A program made the translations under genes and the position numbers. This document shows positions 1 through 8,758 of a stretch of 64,000 nt of DNA, piece by piece. The DNA comes from an uncultured Gammaproteobacteria bacterium (GTDB lineage: Bacteria > Pseudomonadota > Gammaproteobacteria > Steroidobacterales > Steroidobacteraceae). Numbering within the stretch: the first letter of the stretch is position 1; every line of letters starts with the position of its first letter. The stretch is taken from contig CAVWOW010000019.1 in NCBI GenBank assembly GCA_963756755.1, positions 23,916 through 87,915 of the forward strand, written 5' to 3'. The notes beneath the pieces are model-generated. The model was not told the origin of the DNA and ran no database searches. It saw nothing but the letters and a program-made list of their open reading frames with translations.

Positions 1-1034
1 AGCAGACGCGCGAGCTCGCGGAACTGGTCAGGTCCGCGCAGGTCGACGATGAACGGGTAGGTGTCCTCGCTCTCGCCCGGCGCGCTGATACCGGCGGCGC
101 GTCGCTCGGCGATCTCCTTGGCAAGCTCCGCGCGATACGCGTCCAAGTCGTCGATCGGGGTCGTCCCGCCGTCGGTGCCGATCCCGACATGATCCTCGCC
201 GCAGACATCGACTGCGTGCAGGACGTGCTCGATGACGTCCTCGGCCCGTGGGCGCCCGCTCGGGTCCAGGAACGGCATGAAGTAGATTCCGATGAATCCG
301 CCGCGCTCGGCGACCAGTCGCAGCTCAGCGTCTGTCTTGTTGCGCGGCAGGTCGCTGAGGGCGCGGCAGCCGGTGTGGTTGATGGAGACCGGCAGGCTGG
401 AGGCGCGCGCCGCCTCCAGGCAGGTGCGTTCGCCGCTGTGCGAGAGGTCGACCATGACGCGGCTCGCGTTAAGCCGCTCGACGACTTCGCGGCCGAAGGG
501 CGTCAGGCCGCGATCCCCGGGGGCCATCGCGCCGCCACCGAGCGGGTTGGCGTCGTTGTAGGTGAGCTGGATGACACGGACGCCCAGGTCTGCGAAGAGC
601 TCGACGCGGTCCGCGCGCTCGCCCAGCATCTCCGCGTTCTGAAAGCCATAAATGACGCCAATCCGGCCCTCGGCGCGTGCGCGCTCGACATCGCCGGCGC
701 GGAGGACCTTGACGAAGGCCTGCGCGTGCTGGCGCAGCAGCGCGTCCCATTGCGCGACCGAGCGCACGCTCGCCTCGAACGGCTCCTCGGGACCGAAGAC
801 ATGGCCCAGCGTCACGTTGACGGCGGTCAAACCGGAGGCGCGTGCATCGGCAATCGTGCGCTCATCGAGTACTGGGCGGTCGTGTCGGGCCGGATCGTTC
901 GGGTTTTCCAGGCCTCCGAGCGCGTTGACGACGATCAGGCCGCGAATCGGATCGTCGTCGAGCGCGATCGCGAGCCGCGGCGCGAGCGTGGTGAGCGCGG
1001 TCAGTGCAAGAAAGCGGCGTCGATCGGTGATCAC
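1..1034 (-). CDS. Membrane dipeptidase (peptidase M19 family) with twin-arginine signal; 3' end lies outside the window
   Basis: Hand translation of the minus strand. GTG at 1034 gives VITDRRRFLALTALTTLAPRLAIALDDDPIRGLIVVNALGGLENP. Near the window edge it reads DVIEHVLHAVDVCGEDHVGIGTDGG, the M19 metal-site block. It is absent from the ORF track because the stop is outside the window; ORF 189..1076 + is its antisense shadow. The start overlaps the upstream stop (GTGA). Confidence 0.8.
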   Translation of the reverse strand, partial: MITDRRRFLALTALTTLAPRLAIALDDDPIRGLIVVNALGGLENPNDPARHDRPVLDERTIADARASGLTAVNVTLGHVFGPEEPFEASVRSVAQWDALLRQHAQAFVKVLRAGDVERARAEGRIGVIYGFQNAEMLGERADRVELFADLGVRVIQLTYNDANPLGGGAMAPGDRGLTPFGREVVERLNASRVMVDLSHSGERTCLEAARASSLPVSINHTGCRALSDLPRNKTDAELRLVAERGGFIGIYFMPFLDPSGRPRAEDVIEHVLHAVDVCGEDHVGIGTDGGTTPIDDLDAYRAELAKEIAERRAAGISAPGESEDTYPFIVDLRGPDQFRELARL

Positions 1035-2410
1035 TCCTCGTCCTCGGGCATTTCTTCGCGCGTGATCGGGCGGTAGTCGGAGCGCCGGTATGGCCGGCCG
1101 CGCTTGACCACCAGGACGATGCTGCGCAGGTTGGCAATATCCTCGAGCGGATTCTTCTCGAGCACGACCAGGTTGGCGAGCTTACCGGGCTCGATACTGC
1201 CCATGTCCACCTCGCGCCCGGCCGCACGCGCGCCGACGAGCGTCGCGGACCGGATCACCTGCGCGGGTGGCAGCCCAGCGCGTTCGGCCAGGAACTCGAG
1301 CTCGTCGTAGAGCGGGGGCCAGGGCTCGTTCCACGGCGCGCCGCCGTCGGTGCCGGTCGAGATCTCGACGCCGGCGCGAAACGCCTGGTTCGTGAGCTTC
1401 GCGGGCAGGCCTGGCGGACAAAGCGGCGGCTTTGCACCGGGCGCGCGCTCCTGCGCCAGGTACACGCGGTTGGTCGCGTCGAGGATCGTGCCGCGCCTTG
1501 TCATCCCGGCGAAGAGCTCGGCCATGACAGCATTGTCGCCGGCAGCAAATTCGCCGGCGTCGACCGGGAAGCGCTGCTGATAGGACGCCGGGCGCTCGGG
1601 TTGAGCCTGGTAGGCGAGATAGCAGACGTGCGATACGACGTCGGCACCTGCGGTGAGCACGTCTACCGGCGTCGCGGGGAACACCATGCCGTGCGCCCAC
1701 ACCGGGACCTGCTGGCGATGCGCCTCGACGGTGATCCGGGCAACCAGCGGCGCGGGCAGATTGGCGTAGATCTTGATTGCACTTGCCCCAGTGCCGCGCG
1801 CGAGCGCGACGGCCAGCTCAAGGTCGGTCGACTCGTCGATCGCCTGCATCCAGGGCACACGCCCGGCGACCAGGCCCTGCGTGACGGCTTGCGTGCGCGG
1901 ATCGTCAAAGAAGCTCGAGCCCGCCATCAGCGCGGCGTAGACGATGTCCGGGCCCTCGATCTCGCCCACGAGCGTGCTGCGCGTCAGGTCGGCCACCGCC
2001 CGCAGGTCGTCGGCCATCGAGCGGACAGTCGTCACGCCGCCGTACAGCTCGCGCCGTAGGCTCGCCTCGGTGCGGCGCCGATTGGGCGGCGTTGCGAGGT
2101 GCTGGTGGGTGTCGATCAGCCCCGGCAGGAGGTAGCGGCCGCCGAGGTCGACGACCGTTGCGCCTGCCAGGACCGCCGGCGAAAGGGTGTCGTCCGGCAG
2201 TACCGCCTTTATGCGTTGACCATCGACGATCACGGTCATGCCGGATTGCAGAGGCCCCCCGCGTCCGTCGATCAGGCTTCCTGATCGATAGACCGTGACG
2301 GTCCCGGGTCCCGGCGCGGCGAAGGGCGGCGCCGTGTCGGACAGGGCGGGCGATGCGGGCGCGATGGCGGCCAGGAGCAGCGACAGGCACCGGCAGGCAC
2401 GCATCAACAT
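1031..2410 (-). CDS. Secreted amidohydrolase-superfamily protein (Xaa-Pro dipeptidase/imidazolonepropionase-like)
   Basis: 459-aa ORF with signal peptide MLMRACRCLSLLLAAIAPASPALS. It carries the LLPGLIDTHQHL HxH metal motif. Translationally coupled to the M19 dipeptidase gene. Confidence 0.85.
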   Translation of the reverse strand: MLMRACRCLSLLLAAIAPASPALSDTAPPFAAPGPGTVTVYRSGSLIDGRGGPLQSGMTVIVDGQRIKAVLPDDTLSPAVLAGATVVDLGGRYLLPGLIDTHQHLATPPNRRRTEASLRRELYGGVTTVRSMADDLRAVADLTRSTLVGEIEGPDIVYAALMAGSSFFDDPRTQAVTQGLVAGRVPWMQAIDESTDLELAVALARGTGASAIKIYANLPAPLVARITVEAHRQQVPVWAHGMVFPATPVDVLTAGADVVSHVCYLAYQAQPERPASYQQRFPVDAGEFAAGDNAVMAELFAGMTRRGTILDATNRVYLAQERAPGAKPPLCPPGLPAKLTNQAFRAGVEISTGTDGGAPWNEPWPPLYDELEFLAERAGLPPAQVIRSATLVGARAAGREVDMGSIEPGKLANLVVLEKNPLEDIANLRSIVLVVKRGRPYRRSDYRPITREEMPEDEE

Positions 2411-2591
2411 GGGTAACCCGGAGAGCGGACTCGAGGCTCGGCACGCTACAGGGGCCGATACTCCACTGGCAACCGCGGCTAGAACCAGATCGACGCGGTT
2501 CGGCTTTGTCGATCACCTTGAGTCGCGCGCCAGATACAACAAGGGGTTAGATTAGCCACTGCAGGCAACAATTCCCGACCGGAGTGCACTA

Positions 2592-2870
2592 ATGGCAAAG
2601 CTAGCGATATTTCTGGCAATCATAGGGCTTGCGTACTGGTATTGGTCGGGGCCTTACCAGGATTCGAAACAGACGTCAGAGGCAGACCAGCTGCAGGACA
2701 ACGCCGTGACTATGCAACGCTGTATCAAGGAGGAGGAGCGTATGCAGGCAGCCGGAGGCGTGGCTGGGCTCGGCGACGTCGGCAGCACCGGAGCGGACGC
2801 TGAGAAATTGTGCGCCGAGAAGAACAACCTTCATCTGCGGGATGGCGAATGGCACAGCAACCAGGACTAG
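2592..2870 (+). CDS. Small membrane-anchored hypothetical protein
   Basis: 92-aa ORF with GGAG about 9 nt upstream and an N-terminal TM helix (LAIFLAIIGLAYWYW). It sits in a visibly lower-GC patch. No family recognised. Confidence 0.5.
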   Translation: MAKLAIFLAIIGLAYWYWSGPYQDSKQTSEADQLQDNAVTMQRCIKEEERMQAAGGVAGLGDVGSTGADAEKLCAEKNNLHLRDGEWHSNQD

Positions 2871-2909
2871 TCGCGCTGTAGTGACACTATCGAAATCTCC
2901 ACACGCCGG

Positions 2910-3359
2910 TCAGCGTTGCAACACTCCAGGCCCGGACTCACTGCCGCCGCTGGTCGGATGCAAATCGTACACGCGCATGCTCGCTGGAAGCGCAATCCAG
3001 TCGTGCTTGTCCTTCGTCCAAACCGATTGCTCGGGCGACGGGAAGTGTGGGTCCGCAAACGCGCCGAGCGCGACTCCTACCAGTTCGGGAAACCGGCTTG
3101 GCTCCCAGTAAAGGTTCGTACCGCAGGTCCCGCAGAAGTGAAACCGCACGGTATACCCACTTGCCGACTCGCGATCGAACTTTTGCGACGTGCCGCTTTG
3201 AAGCGTAACGCTGCCGCGTGCGTAAAAGACTGCAACACTGAACGCGCTGCCGGTTCTGCGCTGGCAGTCGAGGCAATGGCACATGGAGATCTTGATGGGC
3301 ATTCCGGTGCACAGGAGTACGAGCGCACCGCAATGGCAGCTTGCAGTTCGGACTTTCAT
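2910..3359 (-). CDS. GFA (glutathione-dependent formaldehyde-activating / CENP-V) family protein
   Basis: Cysteine pattern CHCG...CHCLDCQRRTG...CGTCGTNL. The internal Met (MKVRTASCHCG) is preferred as start over the ORF start at 3377. Confidence 0.8.
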   Translation of the reverse strand: MKVRTASCHCGALVLLCTGMPIKISMCHCLDCQRRTGSAFSVAVFYARGSVTLQSGTSQKFDRESASGYTVRFHFCGTCGTNLYWEPSRFPELVGVALGAFADPHFPSPEQSVWTKDKHDWIALPASMRVYDLHPTSGGSESGPGVLQR

Positions 3360-3436
3360 ACGAGAGTTTCCGACCACGTGCGTTCTCCGCTTTCACACAG
3401 CTACGTGGGCAGTGCACATGAACTCACCTGCGGCCG

Positions 3437-4711
3437 TCATCTTGCCCCTGGCATCTCCGTCAGATCGCGCCCATAGCGATAGGGCCCCAGCGCGAGATAG
3501 AGCACGATCGTCACCGCCATCATGCCGACCATCGCGAGCAGCGCCGGCTCGTAACGGCCGAGCCGGTCGTAGCAGAAGCCGACCAGCGGCGGTGCAATGC
3601 CCATGCCGAGCGCGAGGAAGGGCGCCTGCACACCGATGATCCCGCCAAAATCCCTCAGTCCGAAGAAGCGCAACTGGAAGAAGGTTCCCATCGGTCGCTT
3701 GGCGCCGCCGGCAAAGCCGATCAGGGCGGTCGACGCGGCCAGGATTGCCAGGCCCGCACCGCCGCCCGACAGGAAGAGCAGCCCGGCGAGCCCAAGGGTC
3801 GAGAGCAGGCTGAAAGGAGCCGCGACTTTCGCGGTGTCGAAACGGTCCAGGCACCACCCGCCGGCCAGCGTCCCCACCGCCATGGCAACCGACAGCAGCG
3901 TCACCATGCCGACGGCGGAGTTCATCTCGACGCCCCGCGAGAGCATGTAGGGGATCATGTGCGGCAGCATGCCGATCGCGGGAATGATCGCGAGGAACCC
4001 TGCCAGCGTGATGAACCAGAATTGTCGGCCGCGGAGCGCCTCGGCGAGCCGCACGCCGGGCACCTCGCCCACGGCGGCGCCCGGCGCCACGGCCGGCGCA
4101 TCGGGCTCCTGCAGCCAGAGCCACAGCAAGGGCACAGTCGCGAGGATGATCGCGCCCATGCCCACGAACACCCCGCGCCAGCCGTGGTTCACCAGCAGCC
4201 ACTGGATGAGCGGCACCGCCAGCGCGCCGGCCAGGCTCGATTCGACGCCAAAGATGGCCAGCGCCTTGCCTCGGTGCTTGTTGAACAGCGCGCCCAGCAC
4301 CTTGGCATAGCCGACCGCCGTCGAGCCGAGTGCGCCGAGCACGGCAAAGCCGCCGAGGAACTGCCACAGGGCGCCGGTCTGGAGCGACAGCGCCATAGTC
4401 ATCAACCCGACCAGCACTGTGCCGCCGATGATCATCGGGCGCACGCCCAGACGGTCCACCAGGGGTCCAAGCACCGGCGCAGACAGCGAACCGCCCAGCA
4501 TCATCGCCGACATGCCGAGCGAAAAGCTGGTGCGCGACCAGCCGAACTCGCCCGTCATCGGCAGCAGGAGCAGGCCGAGCGCCATCATGGGCAGGATCGT
4601 GGAGCCGAAGAGCGTGCCGACGATGATCGCGGCCGCAACTTTGAGCTTGCGCGGGGAGAAATCGGATTCTTCGAGAACGCTTATCGATGCAGCTACCATG
4701 GTTTCGCTCAC
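3437..4711 (-). CDS. MFS transporter
   Basis: 424-aa ORF with about 12 hydrophobic segments and the MFS TM2-3 loop GPLVDRLGVRP. Confidence 0.85.
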   Translation of the reverse strand: MSETMVAASISVLEESDFSPRKLKVAAAIIVGTLFGSTILPMMALGLLLLPMTGEFGWSRTSFSLGMSAMMLGGSLSAPVLGPLVDRLGVRPMIIGGTVLVGLMTMALSLQTGALWQFLGGFAVLGALGSTAVGYAKVLGALFNKHRGKALAIFGVESSLAGALAVPLIQWLLVNHGWRGVFVGMGAIILATVPLLWLWLQEPDAPAVAPGAAVGEVPGVRLAEALRGRQFWFITLAGFLAIIPAIGMLPHMIPYMLSRGVEMNSAVGMVTLLSVAMAVGTLAGGWCLDRFDTAKVAAPFSLLSTLGLAGLLFLSGGGAGLAILAASTALIGFAGGAKRPMGTFFQLRFFGLRDFGGIIGVQAPFLALGMGIAPPLVGFCYDRLGRYEPALLAMVGMMAVTIVLYLALGPYRYGRDLTEMPGAR

Positions 4712-4724
4712 TTGTGATCGTGCG

Positions 4725-5240
4725 TCAGCGCATCAGCTCAAGGGGTCTCGGCAGCTTTGCGAGCAGCTCTTCGCTGAACTGTGCATCGATGTGGAAGAAG
4801 GCCGCGCGCGCGACCTTGTCTGAGCGGTTCTCCCAGGCGTGGTTGGTTCCGCGCTGAACGACCACGTCGCCTTGCTTCAGCGTGACTTCGCTGTCGTCGA
4901 GCAGCAGCACGAGCTCTCCCTCGATCATCACGACGTAGTCGAGTGTCTTCGTTCGGTGCATCACGGTGCGCCTGCCGCCCGCCTTCGGCGGGTAGACCTC
5001 GAGGATGCGAAGGAGGTGCCCCGCGACGGGCATGATGGTGAAATCGCGCTCGTTGGGCTCGCGCGCCTCGACGGCGGTGAGCAGCGGCACGGGCAGCGGG
5101 GCATTCCAGATCTCAATGAAGTCAGCGCCGATCGACGGCCCGTGCATCGAGTGGTGCTGCGGGGGTGACCCGTCGGACACGACGATGGACTTTCCGTCCG
5201 CATCATGCCCGGTGACGATACGTCGAGTGGATTGCGTCAT
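4725..5240 (-). CDS. Cupin domain protein
   Basis: Lies within ORF 4725..5321. A start at MTQSTRRIVTGHD leaves 14 nt to the SDR stop. Contains the GDVVVQRGTNHAWEN cupin motif. Confidence 0.75.
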   Translation of the reverse strand: MTQSTRRIVTGHDADGKSIVVSDGSPPQHHSMHGPSIGADFIEIWNAPLPVPLLTAVEAREPNERDFTIMPVAGHLLRILEVYPPKAGGRRTVMHRTKTLDYVVMIEGELVLLLDDSEVTLKQGDVVVQRGTNHAWENRSDKVARAAFFHIDAQFSEELLAKLPRPLELMR

Positions 5241-5254
5241 CTGCGACCTGCGAC

Positions 5255-6031
5255 TCAACCGGGCGTCGACGTCCAGGAGGCGAGGATCCCGCCGTCCGCG
5301 GCGTACGTGGAAGCCGTGCAATAGCTGCTCTCGTCCGATGCGAGAAAGAGCATCAGCCGGGCGACTTCCTGGGGTCCCGCATAGCGACGCATCGGTATCG
5401 TCGCCCTGACAGACGTCACCATCTGTTCCGGCGCACCGGAGGCTTCATGAATCCGGTCCATCATCGGCGTATCCGTCATGCCGGGAACGATGCAGTTGAC
5501 CCGGATATTGTCCTTCGCCAGCTCCAGCGCGGCGCCCTTCATCATGCCAATCACGGCGTGCTTGGACGTCGTGTAGGCGGAAGTGTTGGGGAGCGCCGAC
5601 AATCCCTGGATCGATGAGGTGATGACGACGGAACCGCCGCCTCGTCGCCGGAGCGGTCGGATCGTCGCTCGCAGTCCCAGCCACACGGCGCCGACGTTGA
5701 CCGCTAAGACCCTCGCGAACGTTTCGGGTGGGTATTCCTCGAGCGGCATGTACACACCTTCGATGCCCGCGTTCAGGAGTGCGATGTCCACACCGCCAAA
5801 GCGATCCTGCGCTTCGCGCATGTACGCATCGACCTGCGCTGAATCGGTGACGTCCGCAGCGAAGCCAGCAACGCCTCCGCCGATCTCGCCTGCGGCCTCT
5901 TCGACGCCGGATCCCGGTCGGTCGACGAGGAGCACCGAGGCACCTTCCCGTACGAACAGGGCACCCGCGGCCCGGCCGATCCCGCCGGCCCCGCCCGTGA
6001 TGACGGCGACTTTCCCCTGCAGTCGGCTCAT
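5255..6031 (-). CDS. SDR family oxidoreductase
   Basis: Has TGGAGGIGRA Rossmann motif, NAG, and YTTSK (YxxxK) catalytic motif. Confidence 0.9.
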   Translation of the reverse strand: MSRLQGKVAVITGGAGGIGRAAGALFVREGASVLLVDRPGSGVEEAAGEIGGGVAGFAADVTDSAQVDAYMREAQDRFGGVDIALLNAGIEGVYMPLEEYPPETFARVLAVNVGAVWLGLRATIRPLRRRGGGSVVITSSIQGLSALPNTSAYTTSKHAVIGMMKGAALELAKDNIRVNCIVPGMTDTPMMDRIHEASGAPEQMVTSVRATIPMRRYAGPQEVARLMLFLASDESSYCTASTYAADGGILASWTSTPG

Positions 6032-6095
6032 ATGGGACGGATCTTCGCATCGGTGCGGTTTCGAAACCAGCTATCCTGCGCGGGAGGCTGCCACC

Positions 6096-6575
6096 ATGCC
6101 GAAGCCCTCAATCACCGCTCGACCGCCACGCGCTGTTGCCGTCGCATTGCTGAGCGGCGCGCAGCTTCCGACCGAGGATCTGACCGACAGGCACCTCGAG
6201 CACTTCTTCATCGCAGGAGCGCCTGAATCTGCCCTTGGTCTCGTCGGGCTGGAGTTGTCCGGACCTCATGCGTTGCTGCGGTCGCTTGTGGTCGATCCGA
6301 AGGCACGCGCGATGGGGATCGGCTCACAACTCGTCGCGCACGCCGAGGCGTATGCGCGCTCCCGTGGCGCAGAGTCGATCTACCTGCTCACGACAACGGC
6401 AGAGGGCTTCTTCGGCGCGCGCGGCTACGCACGAACGGAGCGGAGCACCGCGCCCGACTCCATCCGCATGACGCGTGAGTTTGCGAGCCTCTGCCCGGCA
6501 AGCTCCGCATTCATGGTCAAGCATTTTCGGGGGACGCCCGAGCAGGATCGATGCTTCAAGGGGTACGCATCATGA
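6096..6575 (+). CDS. GNAT N-acetyltransferase, ArsN2-like
   Basis: ATG at 6096 is in frame with the tail of ORF 5583..6575. Contains the LLRSLVVDPKARAMGIGSQLV acetyl-CoA motif. The C-terminal TREFASLCPASSAFM resembles ArsN2-type enzymes. Confidence 0.7.
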   Translation: MPKPSITARPPRAVAVALLSGAQLPTEDLTDRHLEHFFIAGAPESALGLVGLELSGPHALLRSLVVDPKARAMGIGSQLVAHAEAYARSRGAESIYLLTTTAEGFFGARGYARTERSTAPDSIRMTREFASLCPASSAFMVKHFRGTPEQDRCFKGYAS

Positions 6576-6952
6576 TCGCCCATACGACGCTTGCCGTCCG
6601 CAACTACAGAAAATCGAAAGAGTTCTACATCAAGGTCCTCGCGCCGCTCGGATACAACAACAACATGGAGTACGGCGAGGCAGCCGGCTTCAACGACGGC
6701 AAGAACACGGATTTCTGGATCACGAAGCAGGATACCGTCGTACCGACGCACGTGGCATTCGAGGCGAAAAGCAGCAAGGAAGTTGCGGCGTTCCACGGCG
6801 CGGCAATCGCAGCGGGCGGGAAGGACAATGGCGGCCCCGGTTATCGGACCGAGTACTGGCCAGGGTACTACGCGGCGTTCGCATTCGACCTCGATGGCAA
6901 CAACATCGAGGCCGTCTGGTACGACTACAGCAAAGTCGCGGGCCCGGCCTAG
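6572..6952 (+). CDS. VOC (glyoxalase/bleomycin-resistance) family protein
   Basis: Start MIAHTTLAVRNYRKSKEFY overlaps the upstream stop (ATGA). The beta-alpha-beta-beta-beta VOC pattern ends ...AFAFDLDGNNIEAV. Confidence 0.8.
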   Translation: MIAHTTLAVRNYRKSKEFYIKVLAPLGYNNNMEYGEAAGFNDGKNTDFWITKQDTVVPTHVAFEAKSSKEVAAFHGAAIAAGGKDNGGPGYRTEYWPGYYAAFAFDLDGNNIEAVWYDYSKVAGPA

Positions 6953-8484
6953 GGGCTTTGTCCGTCAAGGAAGGATTTCACGGCGCTGACGCAGAATGGC
7001 CCCACGAGCGTAGTGTGATACGCCTCGAGCACGGCCGTGTCTCCACCGCTCAGTTCGAAGATCTCCTTCGCGACGGCGAACTGCTCCTTCTGCGCGGCAT
7101 ACGGATCGCCGCTTGCAACTGGGGAATCGATGTCCAGCACGGTGACCGTCGTCGTCGAAGCCCAGTGGTTCTGCATCAGCGCAGTGTTCAGGTACAGGAC
7201 CGTGGGATCACCGTTGCCTGCGCAAAGCAGCATCGGCGCAGTCGGCGTCCAGTTGCGCTGGTCATTCAACTTCAGCGCCTGCCGAAACGTGTTGGCGGGG
7301 CTCGCCGGCGGTAATCCGTCCGTTACGACGGGAAAGCCGCCGTCGGGACTGCCTTGCGAGTCCTGCAGATACGCGAGGCGGAAGGCATTCGTCAGCAGAT
7401 GGTCGGTGCCAAAGCCCAGCTCAAACACGGGCGCCAGGTTGGCCGGTGTCGTTGCGGGCGTCATCGACGCAAATGCGGGATCCGGCGGTGTGCTGCTGAA
7501 GAGCTCTGTGTCCGGCAACCGGCCCTGGTTTCTGAGCTCGCTTACCGATGTCGTGCTGGGCAGCAGCGTTTCGATTCCCGTCGCGTACTGAGCTTCGAAG
7601 GCATCCGTCGCGTTCGCGTAAATGTTGCCGTAGGAGTTCTGGTAGCTCGACAGAAGCAGCGTCAGATTCACGGGAGCTCCGCCGGTCACCTGGCCCTGGA
7701 ACATGGCATCGCCGAAGGCGGAAAGTGCATAGGGGCCTGACATCGGCGCCGATGCGGTCACCGTCTGACCTGCCTCCTGCATGGCGCGATGCGTCGCCAT
7801 GGCGACGTAGCCGCCCTGCGAATAGCCCGTCACGAACAACCTGCCGTCGTCGGTAGTAGTCGGAGCGCCCGAGGTCGGCAAAGCACTGCGAGCGGCGGTG
7901 AGTGCATCGATCATGTCCTTGGACTGCTGGTCGCCGTTCAGATACGGATGAAACGCAAGAGTCGAGGTGTCATAGCCCAGGTAGTTCGGCGCGACGACGA
8001 TATAGCCTTCGGCTGCGAACACCGCCGCGATGAGCAGACCCTCGCCGTTGTCTGGGTTCTGCAGGTCGGCGATGTTGAAGGTCTTGTCGGTCGCCGTGCC
8101 GTGCGCGTAGAGCAGCATCGGCCGCGCGCCCTGGCATGAGCTGCCGGAATCGTCGGGAACCATGAGCGTGCCGGACGCCGGCGTGACGTTTCCGGCCGGG
8201 TCGACTGTCTGATATCTCAACTGGTGGACGTCAATACTGCATTCGGGTGTAAGAATTGCATCCGCCAGCACCTGACCAAGCTGGTTTGCACTCAGCAAGG
8301 CCACGAGTTCATCGGGCGTATACGAGTCGAGCATGGTCGGCGCGCCGTCGATGAGATCGCCGCGCGCCGGCGCCGCAGGCTCAGGAGGCGGTGCTGCTTC
8401 TTCGTCGTCATCATCGCTGTTGTCACAGGCGATGAGCAGGATCAGCACGAGCGGTAGTGCGAGAAGGTGGGGCGCGCGACGCAT
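6949..8484 (-). CDS. Secreted lipoprotein, alpha/beta hydrolase (secretory-lipase-like)
   Basis: Lipobox LILLIAC followed by an acidic linker. GYSQGG nucleophile elbow. 511 aa. Confidence 0.7.
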   Translation of the reverse strand: MRRAPHLLALPLVLILLIACDNSDDDDEEAAPPPEPAAPARGDLIDGAPTMLDSYTPDELVALLSANQLGQVLADAILTPECSIDVHQLRYQTVDPAGNVTPASGTLMVPDDSGSSCQGARPMLLYAHGTATDKTFNIADLQNPDNGEGLLIAAVFAAEGYIVVAPNYLGYDTSTLAFHPYLNGDQQSKDMIDALTAARSALPTSGAPTTTDDGRLFVTGYSQGGYVAMATHRAMQEAGQTVTASAPMSGPYALSAFGDAMFQGQVTGGAPVNLTLLLSSYQNSYGNIYANATDAFEAQYATGIETLLPSTTSVSELRNQGRLPDTELFSSTPPDPAFASMTPATTPANLAPVFELGFGTDHLLTNAFRLAYLQDSQGSPDGGFPVVTDGLPPASPANTFRQALKLNDQRNWTPTAPMLLCAGNGDPTVLYLNTALMQNHWASTTTVTVLDIDSPVASGDPYAAQKEQFAVAKEIFELSGGDTAVLEAYHTTLVGPFCVSAVKSFLDGQSP

Positions 8485-8758
8485 TGAGAAGACTCCGGTT
8501 CAATCGGATACCCTCAATGAGGAGCAATATTCGTGCCGAGCGAGCCCGGCACTCACAGAGAGAAGCCCGCCGTAACGAACCACCGGTTACCTACAACCGC
8601 TCGCGCGTACTACTGACGTCGCTTTGCGCGTGGCACCGACGGCGAAAGGGCAAAGACCGTGATATGTCGCTGCGCGATGATCCCTACCAACCGCGCCGCA
8701 ATCGATATCCTGCTGTCGAGACTGCGTGCGGGTGAGGTCGCTGTGGATTGAAGTGTTC

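Noticed and set aside
189-1076. Long + strand ORF (295 aa) and nested ORFs at the left edge
   Set aside because: It is the antisense shadow of the M19 dipeptidase gene. The product is Arg/Ala-rich with no motifs, whereas the minus strand gives a clean dipeptidase translation.
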